Shown: one piece after another, positions 38,373 to 48,814 of the stretch | Numbering within the stretch: position 1 is the stretch's first letter | Layout: every line of letters begins with the position of its first letter | Source of the DNA: Vampirovibrionales bacterium | Lineage (GTDB): Bacteria; Cyanobacteriota; Vampirovibrionia; Vampirovibrionales; JAJTHC01 | Length of the DNA stretch: 64,000 nucleotides | Assembly: GCA_044348005.1 (NCBI GenBank) | Contig: JBIKTR010000006.1 | Location: 34,589-98,588, forward strand | Reading direction: 5' to 3' | Position numbers and translations under genes: made by a program | The notes under the pieces: generated by a model | What the model was told of the DNA's origin: nothing | The model's database searches: none | What the model saw: only the letters and a program-made list of their open reading frames with translations

Positions 38373-39365
38373 CTAGTTAAACATATCTGAAATGGATTGC
38401 GATTCATGAATACGGCAAATCGCTTCCCCCAGCAAGCTTGCGATGGAGAGTTGCTTGATTTTGTCCACCGATTTGGCTTCTTCACTCAGGGGAATACTAT
38501 TGGTGACAATCACTTCTTTAATCGAAGAATTGGCCAGACGTTGCACCGCAGGACCACTAAAAACAGGGTGAGCCGCCATGACGTAAACATCATGCGCGCC
38601 ATTGGCCGTCAATAAATCAGCCCCACTACAGATGGTGCCTGCCGTGTCAATCATGTCGTCAATTAAAATACAGCTACGGCCTTTGACTTCACCAATAATG
38701 TTGTAGACTTCCGCTACATTGTGAGCGGAACGGCGTTTGTCAATAATGGCGATGGGGCATTCGAGCTTTTTGGCAAAGACTCTGGCACGTTCTACACCGC
38801 CTGCATCTGGGCTCACCACCACGGGATTCACCAAATCGCGGGTGCGAATATAGCTGAGCAAAACAGGCGTGGCATGGAGGTGATCCGTAATGATATTGAA
38901 AAAGCCTTGAAGTTGGCCGGTGTGTAAATCCATGGCAACGACACGATTGGCTCCTGCCGTTGAAATTAAATCCGCCACCAGTTTAGCGGAAATAGGTTCG
39001 CGTCCAGCGTTTTTACGATCTTGACGGGCATAGCCGTAATAAGGAATAATGGCGGTAATGGACTTAGCCGAAGCCCGTTTTAGGGCATCGATCATCAGTA
39101 ACAATTCCATGATGTTGTTGTTGGTAGGGCCACAGGTGGGTTGAACGATGTACACATCTTCGCCACGCACGCTTTCTTCAATGCGAACGTAAAGTTCACC
39201 GTCACTAAAGTTTTTAATCTGAACAGGAGACACGTAAGTGTCCAAGTAATGGGCGATTTCTTTGGCCAGTTCAGGGTTGGCACGACCCGTTACCAATTTA
39301 ATATGCTGAATTTCTTCGTGAAGGGAAGATAACTTAAGTTCAGGTAACGTCAGTTCAATCGCCAT
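38373..39365 (-). CDS. prs: Ribose-phosphate pyrophosphokinase
   Basis: FSDGE, PYYGYARQDRK, VSPDAGG, IDDMIDTAGT. Confidence 0.96.
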   Translation of the reverse strand: MAIELTLPELKLSSLHEEIQHIKLVTGRANPELAKEIAHYLDTYVSPVQIKNFSDGELYVRIEESVRGEDVYIVQPTCGPTNNNIMELLLMIDALKRASAKSITAIIPYYGYARQDRKNAGREPISAKLVADLISTAGANRVVAMDLHTGQLQGFFNIITDHLHATPVLLSYIRTRDLVNPVVVSPDAGGVERARVFAKKLECPIAIIDKRRSAHNVAEVYNIIGEVKGRSCILIDDMIDTAGTICSGADLLTANGAHDVYVMAAHPVFSGPAVQRLANSSIKEVIVTNSIPLSEEAKSVDKIKQLSIASLLGEAICRIHESQSISDMFN

Positions 39366-39549
39366 GGTAGAATCCTTTATGTCATGTGGGCGCTTCACTT
39401 GAACGGCTCGGCCTTGGCGGGCAAGGGCTATTGAAGAGTCCTGTTCAAGACTTACTATTATTGTGACACAAACCTATTTAAACTTCAATCACTTTTTAGG
39501 CTTGCATTCGTATAAAACCTTGGCCAGTTTATTTTGTGCGTGGGGGGGA

Positions 39550-40575
39550 TTAAAGCACATTACCAAACGCCAGAGCCTCGGCTTCTCGCAAGCGTTGACG
39601 GGCTTCGGCATCGTCTTGTCGAGCGGTTTGAATGGCTGAACAGGGCGTCCATTCAGGGATTTCAGCAGACGCGTCTGCCCCCACAAACACCAAGTAAGTC
39701 GTGGCCACCAAGCGACACGCTGAACCGTCGGCTGGCACGGCCTCACAATCGACTTGCACTTCTAACGCCCCATTCCACGTTTTGGTTACAATCGCTTTAG
39801 GCCGTAAAATATCGTCAATATGCGTCGGTGCCTTAAAATCCATGCGATCTTGACGCACGCATCGAATTTCCCCATGCCCCACATGTCGTGTAGCGGCTTT
39901 GCGGGCCGTGTTAAACATATGGGCCAATACCACCCCCCCAAAGACGTTTTGTTCAAGGCCGTTGCCGTCTAGGGGGGTCATCACAAATTGGCCGATCGCC
40001 CCTGCTTCAGCCCCTTCAATGGCACGCCAAGCGGTTTGAGCCATTTCTTGTTGGCGGTAATCCTTACGCAAATCGGCGGAACGTTGTAACATTTTGTCTT
40101 CAGGGGTAATGGCTAACAGGTGCGGGATTTTGGAAGCATCCGCCTTGCCTTTGCCTTGTTGAGAAGTTGCGACTGCCACCACATACGCATTGGCCACCAA
40201 GCGTGTTTCATCGGTACGAAAGTTCCAGGCGGTGACGACCACACGGCTTTCCATGCTGGTTTTCCATACCCGAGTGATTCGGGCATCGAGAGACATAATT
40301 TCCCACGGGTAGACGGGGGCAATAAAATCGAGACGATCAATCGAAGCGGTAACAGGATCCAGATCCGCCCCCAAGTGGCGTTTAACGGGAATGCAACCAG
40401 CGATGTCAATGAGCTTAAGAATTTCAGCAATCGCCACAGAACCTTTGACCCCTACCATGCTATTGAACAAAGGCACTTGGAGCCTGAAGGCGCTTTCATC
40501 GGCGGTTTTTTGCAGGGGAAAGGCGTCTGACTTAAAGGTTGGGTTAGAATGGAACGACGAAGAACTCAAGGGCAT
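39550..40575 (-). CDS. Double-hotdog acyl-CoA thioesterase
   Basis: Two hotdog repeats (TASIDRLDFIAPV; NVFGG...RMDFKAPT). Confidence 0.75.
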   Translation of the reverse strand: MPLSSSSFHSNPTFKSDAFPLQKTADESAFRLQVPLFNSMVGVKGSVAIAEILKLIDIAGCIPVKRHLGADLDPVTASIDRLDFIAPVYPWEIMSLDARITRVWKTSMESRVVVTAWNFRTDETRLVANAYVVAVATSQQGKGKADASKIPHLLAITPEDKMLQRSADLRKDYRQQEMAQTAWRAIEGAEAGAIGQFVMTPLDGNGLEQNVFGGVVLAHMFNTARKAATRHVGHGEIRCVRQDRMDFKAPTHIDDILRPKAIVTKTWNGALEVQVDCEAVPADGSACRLVATTYLVFVGADASAEIPEWTPCSAIQTARQDDAEARQRLREAEALAFGNVL

Positions 40576-40707
40576 CAGCTCAATCCTTATGTGCAGGGCA
40601 TGCCTTTATTATACATCAACCCATTGAAAAAATACCCCCCCCCTACACTACAACATGTAGGGGGGGGTTAGAAAAAACATTAAGGAAGCAAGAGAGGACG
40701 CCTGTGC

Positions 40708-41850
40708 TTAAGCCCAATCGTTAGAAATGGGTGCTGGTAACTGGACAGAAGAGGCCACCGTGGGTAAGGGGTACGGTAACGCGGAAGAAGACGCGTACGT
40801 AAGCGGAAACCCTTGAGAGTAGATCGGCATGGTCGCCACGGGAGGGGTGAGTGCTGGAACCGATGGGGCTGGGGTGTTCAGCTTGGCGTAATAATCCTTG
40901 AGCTTTTGTTGATAATTAAGTTGTTGTTCACGTTGTTGAGCCAAGGCCTGTTGGAACTGTTTTTGTTGTTGCTGCAAAGCCAATTCCTTTTCCTTTTTGA
41001 CTTTTCCGTCATTGTTGAACAAGAACTTTCCAGCCAAAAAGCCAGCACCCCCTGCGAGTAATAGGTGCCACCAATTTGTCTCGGCGTCTTTTGTGGCCGT
41101 TTCGGTATCGGTATCGGTATCGGTTGTTTCCGTAGTATCGTCAGTGTCTGAATCCGAGACTGTTGAATCATCATCATTTTCGTCTTCAGTCGTTTCGTCC
41201 AGATCACCCAAATCAGTCAAGTCACCGAATTTTTTGACAATTTTGTCAGCCCAGCCACCTGTATTGATACCTTTAAAGCCAAGGGCCTCGGCACGTTCAA
41301 AGGCATCACTGGAATCGGTTTCAATTGTACCATGTTCGGCCTTAATTGTTGCCAGCATATTCGCACGTTCTTTGTCGAGATACGCTCGGACTTCGTCGTC
41401 CTTCTTACTGTTGGGGTCTTCTTTACCCAGCGTACGACGCACCACGCCGTCTGCCATGAGGTTTGTGGCCACCAAGAACTCTGCATTGCTGAGGTACTTG
41501 TTGGGGTCTTTACCATCTTTAATGGCATCCATCATCAGGTAAGACGCCGACATCGTTGAAGCAATGTGCTGACTTAAGAAGACGTTTGTATCAATGCCTT
41601 TTTCTTTGGCTTTACGTTCAATGTCGTCCACATTCACACGGACTTTTACTTTCATGTCTTCTATATTGTCGCCCACTAATTCTAGGGTCGTCAGCTTGTC
41701 GTCTTTTTTAGTATCTTCCACGATGTCAAAATCAATCTTGTCATTGTCTTTCATTGAATTCAATAATTTATTTGCGGCAGGATCTTCTTTCATTTTTGTG
41801 AAAAAGGGGTTAACGGTGGCTTTAGCAGTATTATTGATATTTAAAGTCAT
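40708..41850 (-). CDS. Hypothetical protein with acidic D/T tract, TM segment, Q-rich coil and P-rich tail
   Basis: Long ORF with biased composition. Confidence 0.7.
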   Translation of the reverse strand: MTLNINNTAKATVNPFFTKMKEDPAANKLLNSMKDNDKIDFDIVEDTKKDDKLTTLELVGDNIEDMKVKVRVNVDDIERKAKEKGIDTNVFLSQHIASTMSASYLMMDAIKDGKDPNKYLSNAEFLVATNLMADGVVRRTLGKEDPNSKKDDEVRAYLDKERANMLATIKAEHGTIETDSSDAFERAEALGFKGINTGGWADKIVKKFGDLTDLGDLDETTEDENDDDSTVSDSDTDDTTETTDTDTDTETATKDAETNWWHLLLAGGAGFLAGKFLFNNDGKVKKEKELALQQQQKQFQQALAQQREQQLNYQQKLKDYYAKLNTPAPSVPALTPPVATMPIYSQGFPLTYASSSALPYPLPTVASSVQLPAPISNDWA

Positions 41851-42059
41851 TATCTTAATTCTCACTAATTTTTATGGGGGGGAATCATCCATTCGGGGAG
41901 AGGGGGTTGTTGCACATCTTAATAAAAACAATTTGTTTACAAATCGTGCCTTTTGTAACAAAATGTTTACGAATGTAGTAAAACTTGTTTTAATGCTACA
42001 TAGTGACTATGTAAACACTTGCAAACACACAGTGACTTTATTTTATTAGGGACAAAATC

Positions 42060-42710
42060 ATGAAAAACCACGCCACCCGCGACGATTACCGTCGTGCCAA
42101 AGCGGGATGTTCCTACGCCTTTCGACGACTTGTGCGCGACTGGCGTAGCTGGACGTCTCAACTCACACACCATATTCGTCATTATTCGGTTGAATCGGCT
42201 CAGTTACTGAGCCAAGAAGACTTGGAACAAGAAGCATTAAACTTGTTTTACATCGCAATTAAACAGCTAAACTTGAAGTTTAACCCAGAACAATGCCGAG
42301 CCTATATTAAAGCCACCGTAAAGTTTGGGCTTAAACGTTATGCTGAAAAAACCATCCGCCACGCCCAAGCCTGCCAACCTGAACAGGTTCAGTCCGCCTT
42401 AGGGGTACGTTCTTTTTTACAGCATTTGTCTCACCTAGACGACCTCATTGCCAAAGAACGCCACCAACAAGTCAAAGGCGTGGTCAAAAAATACTGCACC
42501 CCACAAGAACGCCTATACCTCGCCCAACGTTTTGGTATTGGTGATTTAGCAGAAAACGCCTTAGAACGCGAACCTAACGTATTTGTTGAAGCACAAGCCA
42601 TTAAAACCTTGGCTGAAGGCATCGGCATTAGTTACCAAGCCTTGCGGAGTCGTGAAAAAACTCTATTTAAGCGACTGCGATCTTTTTTTATAAAGCAACA
42701 TGAAGGGTGA
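42060..42710 (+). CDS. Divergent sigma70-family sigma factor-like protein
   Basis: Region 2-like SQEDLEQEA...AYIK; region 4-like TPQERLYLAQRFGIG...LAEGIGISYQALRSREK. Confidence 0.65.
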   Translation: MKNHATRDDYRRAKAGCSYAFRRLVRDWRSWTSQLTHHIRHYSVESAQLLSQEDLEQEALNLFYIAIKQLNLKFNPEQCRAYIKATVKFGLKRYAEKTIRHAQACQPEQVQSALGVRSFLQHLSHLDDLIAKERHQQVKGVVKKYCTPQERLYLAQRFGIGDLAENALEREPNVFVEAQAIKTLAEGIGISYQALRSREKTLFKRLRSFFIKQHEG

Positions 42711-42807
42711 TTTTGGAACACGCTGGCAAAACTTTCTAAAAAAAGCTGACATCCTGTTTTTAAGTCGTATAATACGAAGGTGTCTTAAATTAGCTTGAGG
42801 TGAGATC

Positions 42808-44154
42808 ATGTTCAAAAAAGTTCTGATTGCCAATCGTGGTGAAATCGCCCTTCGTATTATTCGTGCCTGCAAGGAACTGGGCGTAAAAACTGTGGCGATC
42901 TATTCGCAACCTGACGCGGAAAGCCTCCACGTCCTACTGGCAGATGAAGCCTACTGCGTTGGCCCTGCTCCTGCGAGCCAAAGCTATTTAAATGTGTCTA
43001 ACATTATTTCCGTGGCCTTGATGTCTGGAGCGGAAGCCATTCACCCTGGGTATGGTTTTATGGCTGAAAATGCCGACTTCGCCGATATTTGCAAGGAACA
43101 TGACTTGGTTTTTATTGGCCCTAGTTCGCAAGCCATTCGCCAAATGGGAGACAAAGCCACCGCCAAGCAAACCATGCTTGAAGCGGGCATGCCCGTTGTA
43201 CCGGGTATTGACGGTATCACCGCGGATGTACCTAAAATCAAGGCGTGGGCCAAAACCGCAGGCTACCCTATTTTAGTCAAAGCCACCGCAGGTGGAGGCG
43301 GAAAAGGCATGCGACTGGTCGAAGAAGAATCCCAAGTCGAAGCCATGATTCAAAGCGCGAGTGCTGAAGCGCAAGCCGCCTTTGGCAACCCCAACTGCTA
43401 CATTGAAAAATACATTTTAAAGCCTCGGCACATTGAGTTTCAGATTTTGGCGGATCGCTACGGCAACGTGATTCACTTGGGCGATCGGGACTGTTCGATT
43501 CAACGGCGTCACCAAAAATTGATTGAAGAAGCCCCTTCCCCTGTGATGACCCCTGAACTCAGAGAAAAAGTCGGTTCCACCATTGTGAATGCGGTAAAAA
43601 GCATTGGCTATGAAGGCGTGGGCACCATTGAACTGTTGTTTGACAAAGACATGAACTACTATTTCATGGAAATGAACACCCGTATTCAGGTGGAACACCC
43701 CGTGACTGAAATGATTACGGGCATTGATTTGGTGAAAGAACAGATTAAAGTCGCGGCGGGCGAACCTTTGAACATTAAGCAACAGGATGTCACCTTCAAC
43801 GGGCATGCCATTGAATGCCGAATCAACGCGGAAGATTCCACCAAGAATTTTATGCCCATGCCCGGATTGATTGACGGATTCATTGCCCCCGGCGGCATCG
43901 GCATTCGGGTGGACAGTCACGCCTACCAAGGCTATAAAATCCCGCCGTTTTATGATTCCTTGGTGGGTAAGTTGATTGCCCATGGCGCCACGCGCGAAGA
44001 AGCCATTATTCGCATGCGCCGCGGGTTGGATGAATTTGCCATTACGGGTATTCCCACTACGATTCCGTTTCATCAGAAGATGATGAACTACGCCCCGTTT
44101 GTGGAAGGCAAGGAAATTTATACCAATTTCATGGTCGAACATTCACTGGTTTAA
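42808..44154 (+). CDS. accC: Acetyl-CoA carboxylase biotin carboxylase
   Basis: KVLIANRGEIA, HPGYGF, GGGGKGMR, EMNTRIQVEHPVTE. Confidence 0.97.
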   Translation: MFKKVLIANRGEIALRIIRACKELGVKTVAIYSQPDAESLHVLLADEAYCVGPAPASQSYLNVSNIISVALMSGAEAIHPGYGFMAENADFADICKEHDLVFIGPSSQAIRQMGDKATAKQTMLEAGMPVVPGIDGITADVPKIKAWAKTAGYPILVKATAGGGGKGMRLVEEESQVEAMIQSASAEAQAAFGNPNCYIEKYILKPRHIEFQILADRYGNVIHLGDRDCSIQRRHQKLIEEAPSPVMTPELREKVGSTIVNAVKSIGYEGVGTIELLFDKDMNYYFMEMNTRIQVEHPVTEMITGIDLVKEQIKVAAGEPLNIKQQDVTFNGHAIECRINAEDSTKNFMPMPGLIDGFIAPGGIGIRVDSHAYQGYKIPPFYDSLVGKLIAHGATREEAIIRMRRGLDEFAITGIPTTIPFHQKMMNYAPFVEGKEIYTNFMVEHSLV

Positions 44155-44337
44155 GCGCCGTTTGACGGATCCTTAGAACCCTTTATTTCTGGAAAGGGGG
44201 GGGAAGGGTTTGCGTCGTAACAAATTGCAACAAAGCCTTGACTTGCCCCCTTGATGCGATACTGTGTAGTTAGCTTTTTTCTTCAAAAGCCTTATTTTTT
44301 TTGTGTTTATAAGTTTATTTATAAGGATACTTCTGCC

Positions 44338-44769
44338 ATGAAACTCTCTAGCTTTGCGCCGTCCGTTGCGCCGTCCGTGGTGACGGCTTCCGCCCCTCGT
44401 GCCACCGCCTCTTCCGCCCCCTCCCCCGCTTCACAGGCGAGATCGGGAAAATTAGCCGTAGGTAATCAAGTGGGTGTTTCACAACAAATACTTTGGGAAA
44501 ATTTATTAAGTGTTTTCCAAGACATTAGATTAGCTAGAACAGCATTACTAAAGGCGTTAAGTCCTAAAGATCAACAAAGAATTCAAAGACGAATAGCGGA
44601 ATTAAAAACTAAGAAGAACAAGGTTACACCAGGAGAGATTAATGCTATATTTCAAGAAGCTATTCAACGTCTTCAGGTAAGCAGAAATCAAATTTTAGCT
44701 CTTTATCCTGGTTCCAAGCGAGTAGAACTCCAAGCATTACCAGTGCGTCCAGGCACTAAAAGAAGATAG
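44338..44769 (+). CDS. Hypothetical protein with S/P/A-rich N-terminus
   Basis: AAGGA RBS; GC-rich 5' end joined to an AT-rich 3' part. Confidence 0.55.
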   Translation: MKLSSFAPSVAPSVVTASAPRATASSAPSPASQARSGKLAVGNQVGVSQQILWENLLSVFQDIRLARTALLKALSPKDQQRIQRRIAELKTKKNKVTPGEINAIFQEAIQRLQVSRNQILALYPGSKRVELQALPVRPGTKRR

Positions 44770-44872
44770 TTTAGCGGTAACGCTCATTTATCCCCCCACC
44801 GCCTGCTCTACCCGAGCGGGCGGTTTTGTGTTACACTAAAGCCCATACCCCCCACCTTCGGAGCCTCCCGCC

Positions 44873-45691
44873 ATGCCCCCCCTTCTTTTTGACAGCCACT
44901 GCCATCTGGACTACATTGAAGCAGGCGTCATGGGCCACCCCCCTGATACCGACCTGCACGCCGTGCTAGAACGTGCCAAAGACTACAGCGTCGGCTATGT
45001 ACTGAATCCTGCCGTCAACATCGCCGATTTTGATCGGGTGCTAGGCGTTGCTGAACGTTTTGAGCAGGTCTACGCCAGCATTGGCGTGCATCCGTGTGAA
45101 GTCGAAGAAACGCTCACCGTGCCGAATTGGGTGGCTGAAGTCGAACGACGCTTGGGGCATCCGAAGGTCAAAGCCATTGGTGAAACAGGCTTGGATTACT
45201 ATCACCAAAGGGGCGATTCCGAACAGGCGGATTTACAACGCCAGTGTTTTAAGACGCATTTAGAATTGGCGTTGCAGTACGATTTACCCGTGATTGTGCA
45301 TGATCGTGAGGCTCATGCCGATGTGAAAGCCTTGGTCGAAGCCCATTCAGGCGTCAAAGGCGTGATGCACTGCTTCGGAGGCGACGCCGATTTCGCCCTG
45401 GAAATGGTCGAACTCGGCTTTTATGTGAGCTTTGCAGGGAACGTCACCTTCAAAAAAGCCACGGACTTACACGCCGCCGCCAAACGAGTCCCACTAAATC
45501 GCTTATTGATTGAGACGGATTCACCGTTTCTATCGCCCATACCTGAGCGAGGCAAGCCCAATGAGCCGTATCGCACCAAGTTTGTTGCCGATTTCATCGC
45601 CGAATTACGCGGGATTTCGGTTGAAGTCGTCATTGAAGCGTCGACGCAAAACGCTTTTACGCTCTTTCAATTGCCAGTGCTAGGGGGCTAA
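44873..45691 (+). CDS. tatD: TatD-family nuclease
   Basis: DSHCHL, GVHP, IGETGLDY, HDREA, ETDSPFL. Confidence 0.93.
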   Translation: MPPLLFDSHCHLDYIEAGVMGHPPDTDLHAVLERAKDYSVGYVLNPAVNIADFDRVLGVAERFEQVYASIGVHPCEVEETLTVPNWVAEVERRLGHPKVKAIGETGLDYYHQRGDSEQADLQRQCFKTHLELALQYDLPVIVHDREAHADVKALVEAHSGVKGVMHCFGGDADFALEMVELGFYVSFAGNVTFKKATDLHAAAKRVPLNRLLIETDSPFLSPIPERGKPNEPYRTKFVADFIAELRGISVEVVIEASTQNAFTLFQLPVLGG

Positions 45692-45694
45692 CCC

Positions 45695-46891
45695 ATGAAG
45701 TGGCTTTCTTACGCGTGCCTTACGTTGATGCTGGTGTTTGGCCTAACCTGTTGCACCCCTGCGACGCCTTCAGCACCCCCGACGCCCCCAACACCTATTA
45801 CCCTTGAGTTTTGGACGCTCCAGCTCCGCGATTTTACCCCCCTGATTCGCTCATGGATAGATGACTATGAAGCCGTCCATCCGCAAGTTCGTATCCACTG
45901 GGTGGATGTTCCCTTCGCCGAAGGGGAAAAGCGCGCCTTAACCGCCATGCTCAGCCCCCACGTGCCAGATGTCATCAACCTTAACCCAGCCTTTGCCAGC
46001 ACGCTTGCCGAACGTCGCGCCCTTTTAGAACTCACCCCTTTTCTCAAGAAGGAGGTCACGATCTATGCACCGGCGTTGTTAAGCTACTGCCAATTTTCAG
46101 GGTCGTTGGTGGCGTTGCCGTGGTACACCACCACTGTGCTTTCCTTTGAAAATACCGCCTTACTGAAGGCGCCTGCTCCTTCTGGAGTGTACGAGCGATT
46201 CCCCCTGCTCACCAGTGGAGGCAACCTGCTCAAAACGCTTGCTCTTTCAGGGGATTTCCCCACCACTCAAGCCGTCTTTCACCAGCGACTGGTGTCGATT
46301 TTAGAACCTGTGAAGCGGGGCATTTTACAAAAGCGTATTCCCGCTGAAAACATTACAGGTGCTTATGCCACCGCCCTAGAACTCTTTATGGCGGGCAAGC
46401 TCGTTCACTTAGACGCTGGAGCCAGTGCCTTAAAGGTGATTGAAAACAACGCCCCTTCGGTCTATGCTACCTTGCGTCTTTCACCGCTTGACGCCTCCGC
46501 CCCTGCGCGTCGCATTGACGCGAGCCCGATGGTCTTGGTGGTGCCTAAGCAAAGTCAACACCCTAAAGAAGCGGTGGATTTTGCGCGTTTTCTCACGCGC
46601 ACGATGCATCAGCTGGCCTTCAGCAAACAGGCGCCTGTCTTGCCTTCTACGGTGGAAGGCTTGCGGGTACTGAGTCAACAAACCCCGCATTCCTTAAGCG
46701 AAGAAGCCCTCGTTCGTGGAACAAACAAGGTGCTATACGCCCATGAAGGGATTGTTCCACGGCCTGAACAAGCGGTGTTGAATGATTTGTCCAACGCGGT
46801 GGCTCAATCGTATTTACTGGGGGATGAATCGGCGTTTGTGGCGTATGAATCCCGCTTGTGGCAAAAACTAAACCTCTCCACACGGCGGTGA
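45695..46891 (+). CDS. ABC transporter extracellular solute-binding lipoprotein (sugar-type)
   Basis: Signal peptide with Cys, LEFWTLQL, PDVINLN, ALPWY. Confidence 0.75.
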   Translation: MKWLSYACLTLMLVFGLTCCTPATPSAPPTPPTPITLEFWTLQLRDFTPLIRSWIDDYEAVHPQVRIHWVDVPFAEGEKRALTAMLSPHVPDVINLNPAFASTLAERRALLELTPFLKKEVTIYAPALLSYCQFSGSLVALPWYTTTVLSFENTALLKAPAPSGVYERFPLLTSGGNLLKTLALSGDFPTTQAVFHQRLVSILEPVKRGILQKRIPAENITGAYATALELFMAGKLVHLDAGASALKVIENNAPSVYATLRLSPLDASAPARRIDASPMVLVVPKQSQHPKEAVDFARFLTRTMHQLAFSKQAPVLPSTVEGLRVLSQQTPHSLSEEALVRGTNKVLYAHEGIVPRPEQAVLNDLSNAVAQSYLLGDESAFVAYESRLWQKLNLSTRR

Positions 46892-46927
46892 AGAGGCCTG
46901 GTTTAAGTCGAAAATAACGATCGCTTA

Positions 46928-47077
46928 CTAGGTAGTGTCGACATTCAGCCTATAAAGGGTACTTTCTGTGTGAAAACAAGCCGTTTTCTCGTTATGTACG
47001 TCTATGTACACGCCTCAAAAGCCGTTTGTTTTTCCTTGAAATCCCTCCTTTCTTGACTAAATGTCGACACCACCTAG
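46928..47077. repeat. MITE/RPE-like palindromic element, copy B
   Basis: TIR ctaggtagtgtcgacatt / aatgtcgacaccacctag (1 mismatch); core shared with 22492-22666. Confidence 0.7.
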
Positions 47078-47673
47078 GCGACTCCTCCACCCACTAAGGG
47101 TAAATCCACCGTAGGTAACTCGGTTGAAGCGTTGGTCGTCCCCCCCGCGCTGGGTATAGCGGGAAGAAGGCTTGTTCCACCTAAGAATTGTGTAATGGTG
47201 TTTTGCAGTTCGGCGACTTTTTGTTTGAGTTGCGCCGTTTCTTGTACGAGGTTTACCGTTGGCGGAGGCAATGGGCTCGCTCCCGATGCAGCGTAAGGAT
47301 CGATGCGTTTTAAGTTTGCTTCAACATCATTCACGCTAGGGGGCAAGCCAAAACTCATCCCCGCCCCTGCGGTTTTGTCTAGAAAATTAACATAGGGCAC
47401 GATTCGGCCATCTGGCGCCACAGTGTATTGAGGCACCGCGCCTGCTCCGTTCCATGCTTTGGTGGGGTTAATGTTAAATGAAGTCCCTTGACCTTGTTGA
47501 AAAGGGCCTCCGTAGTTTGTGCCAGCGGTTTTGGGCTGGCCTTCAAGTGCATTTTTAAGTGCGATGTTTTCTTGAGAAGCCACGTCGGCTTTTGTCACAG
47601 AATCGAGTACTTCAGCCGTATTGCTAGAAGTCGCCGTCACAGTAGGTACTGTAAAATATGGATTAACGCTCAT
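47074..47673 (-). CDS. Hypothetical protein, paralog of 47865-48722
   Basis: Shares a ~73-aa block YGGPF...NLK.IDP with the neighbouring gene. Confidence 0.75.
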   Translation of the reverse strand: MSVNPYFTVPTVTATSSNTAEVLDSVTKADVASQENIALKNALEGQPKTAGTNYGGPFQQGQGTSFNINPTKAWNGAGAVPQYTVAPDGRIVPYVNFLDKTAGAGMSFGLPPSVNDVEANLKRIDPYAASGASPLPPPTVNLVQETAQLKQKVAELQNTITQFLGGTSLLPAIPSAGGTTNASTELPTVDLPLVGGGVA

Positions 47674-47743
47674 GTGTGTTGTTTTCCTAATTGTCCCGAA
47701 GAGAAAATGTTTGCTTCGATGTAAAAAATGTCTCGTACCTAAG

Positions 47744-47794
47744 GTTTCGGCAGGCCATGGTCAAACTTTAAGTTTTGTTACACTTTTTTACAAT
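47744..47794 (-). promoter_or_regulatory. Sigma28 promoter with upstream HLR1-like direct repeat
   Basis: TAAAGTTT-N11-GCCGAAAC (minus); GTTACACT-TT-TTTACAAT at 47777-47794. Confidence 0.7.
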
Positions 47795-47864
47795 TAGGTT
47801 TAAATCACTTATGTGGGGTTCAGGCAATCCACCCATGCCACTTTAGGAAGCCTTCGTTGGCCCT

Positions 47865-48722
47865 CTAGGCACCCACTAAGGGTAAGGGTGTGGTGTCTTG
47901 TGCGGGGGGCGTCTTTCCTTGAAGGGTAGACAACGCCGTTTTAGCTAAATCTGTAGGGCTTATTCCCAATAGTTTCAAGAGCGAAATCAGCATAAGTACT
48001 TCAGCATTTTCGCCTTGAAGGGTGTTCAAGCTTCCCGCGGGTGAGGTTCCCATTGGATTCACGGAGGGAGCCGTCATGGATGCCTTTAGTGAACCTAGCG
48101 TCACAGGGCCAGAATCCGCAGCACCAGCAGGTGGCATGGCATACGCGGGCCGTCCGTAATTAAAGGGATCAATCCCCTTTAAATTCGCTTCTACATCATT
48201 CACGCTAGGCGGTAAGCCAAAGGACATGCCTGCCCCTGCGGTTTTGTCAAGAAAGTTTACGTTTGGTACGATCCGCCCATTGGGATCTACGGCGTATTGA
48301 GGGAAAGCCCCTGCTCCGCTCCATGCTTTGGTGGGGTTAATGTTAAACGAAGTCCCTAAGCCTTGTTCAAAAGGTCCGCCATAACCAGAACCAGCAGCTT
48401 TTAGGCTTGATTGTTTTCCATCTACTAAAATTTGATCCCCATTTTTAATAACATAGCCTTTGGCGGCCGCTTCTGCGGGCGTCATTTCTAATAAATTGCC
48501 CTTCAAGTCTTTAATGTCTAAAACAAGATTTTTGGGGAAATCGCTTGCTTTAGCAGAAGCTTTAGTTGCTGAATCTTGAACGTTTTGATTGGAACTAACG
48601 GAAGAAACAATTCTCGAAAGTTCTGACATTTCAAGATTGACATTAGCAAGGGTATTATACAACCCTTGTGTTCCAGCAGAAAGACCTGTAACGCTAGGCG
48701 GTTGGATATTGTTAATAGGCAT
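47865..48722 (-). CDS. Hypothetical protein, paralog of 47074-47673
   Basis: Same conserved block; both end in LPLVG(A/G). Confidence 0.75.
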   Translation of the reverse strand: MPINNIQPPSVTGLSAGTQGLYNTLANVNLEMSELSRIVSSVSSNQNVQDSATKASAKASDFPKNLVLDIKDLKGNLLEMTPAEAAAKGYVIKNGDQILVDGKQSSLKAAGSGYGGPFEQGLGTSFNINPTKAWSGAGAFPQYAVDPNGRIVPNVNFLDKTAGAGMSFGLPPSVNDVEANLKGIDPFNYGRPAYAMPPAGAADSGPVTLGSLKASMTAPSVNPMGTSPAGSLNTLQGENAEVLMLISLLKLLGISPTDLAKTALSTLQGKTPPAQDTTPLPLVGA

Positions 48723-48814
48723 GAGTGTTCTTCTTCCCTGTTATTTTCTTCTTACTTCTTCTTGATAGAGAGAGAGATTGAGTTCTGAACTAAAAAGATT
48801 CCCTATGTAAATAG

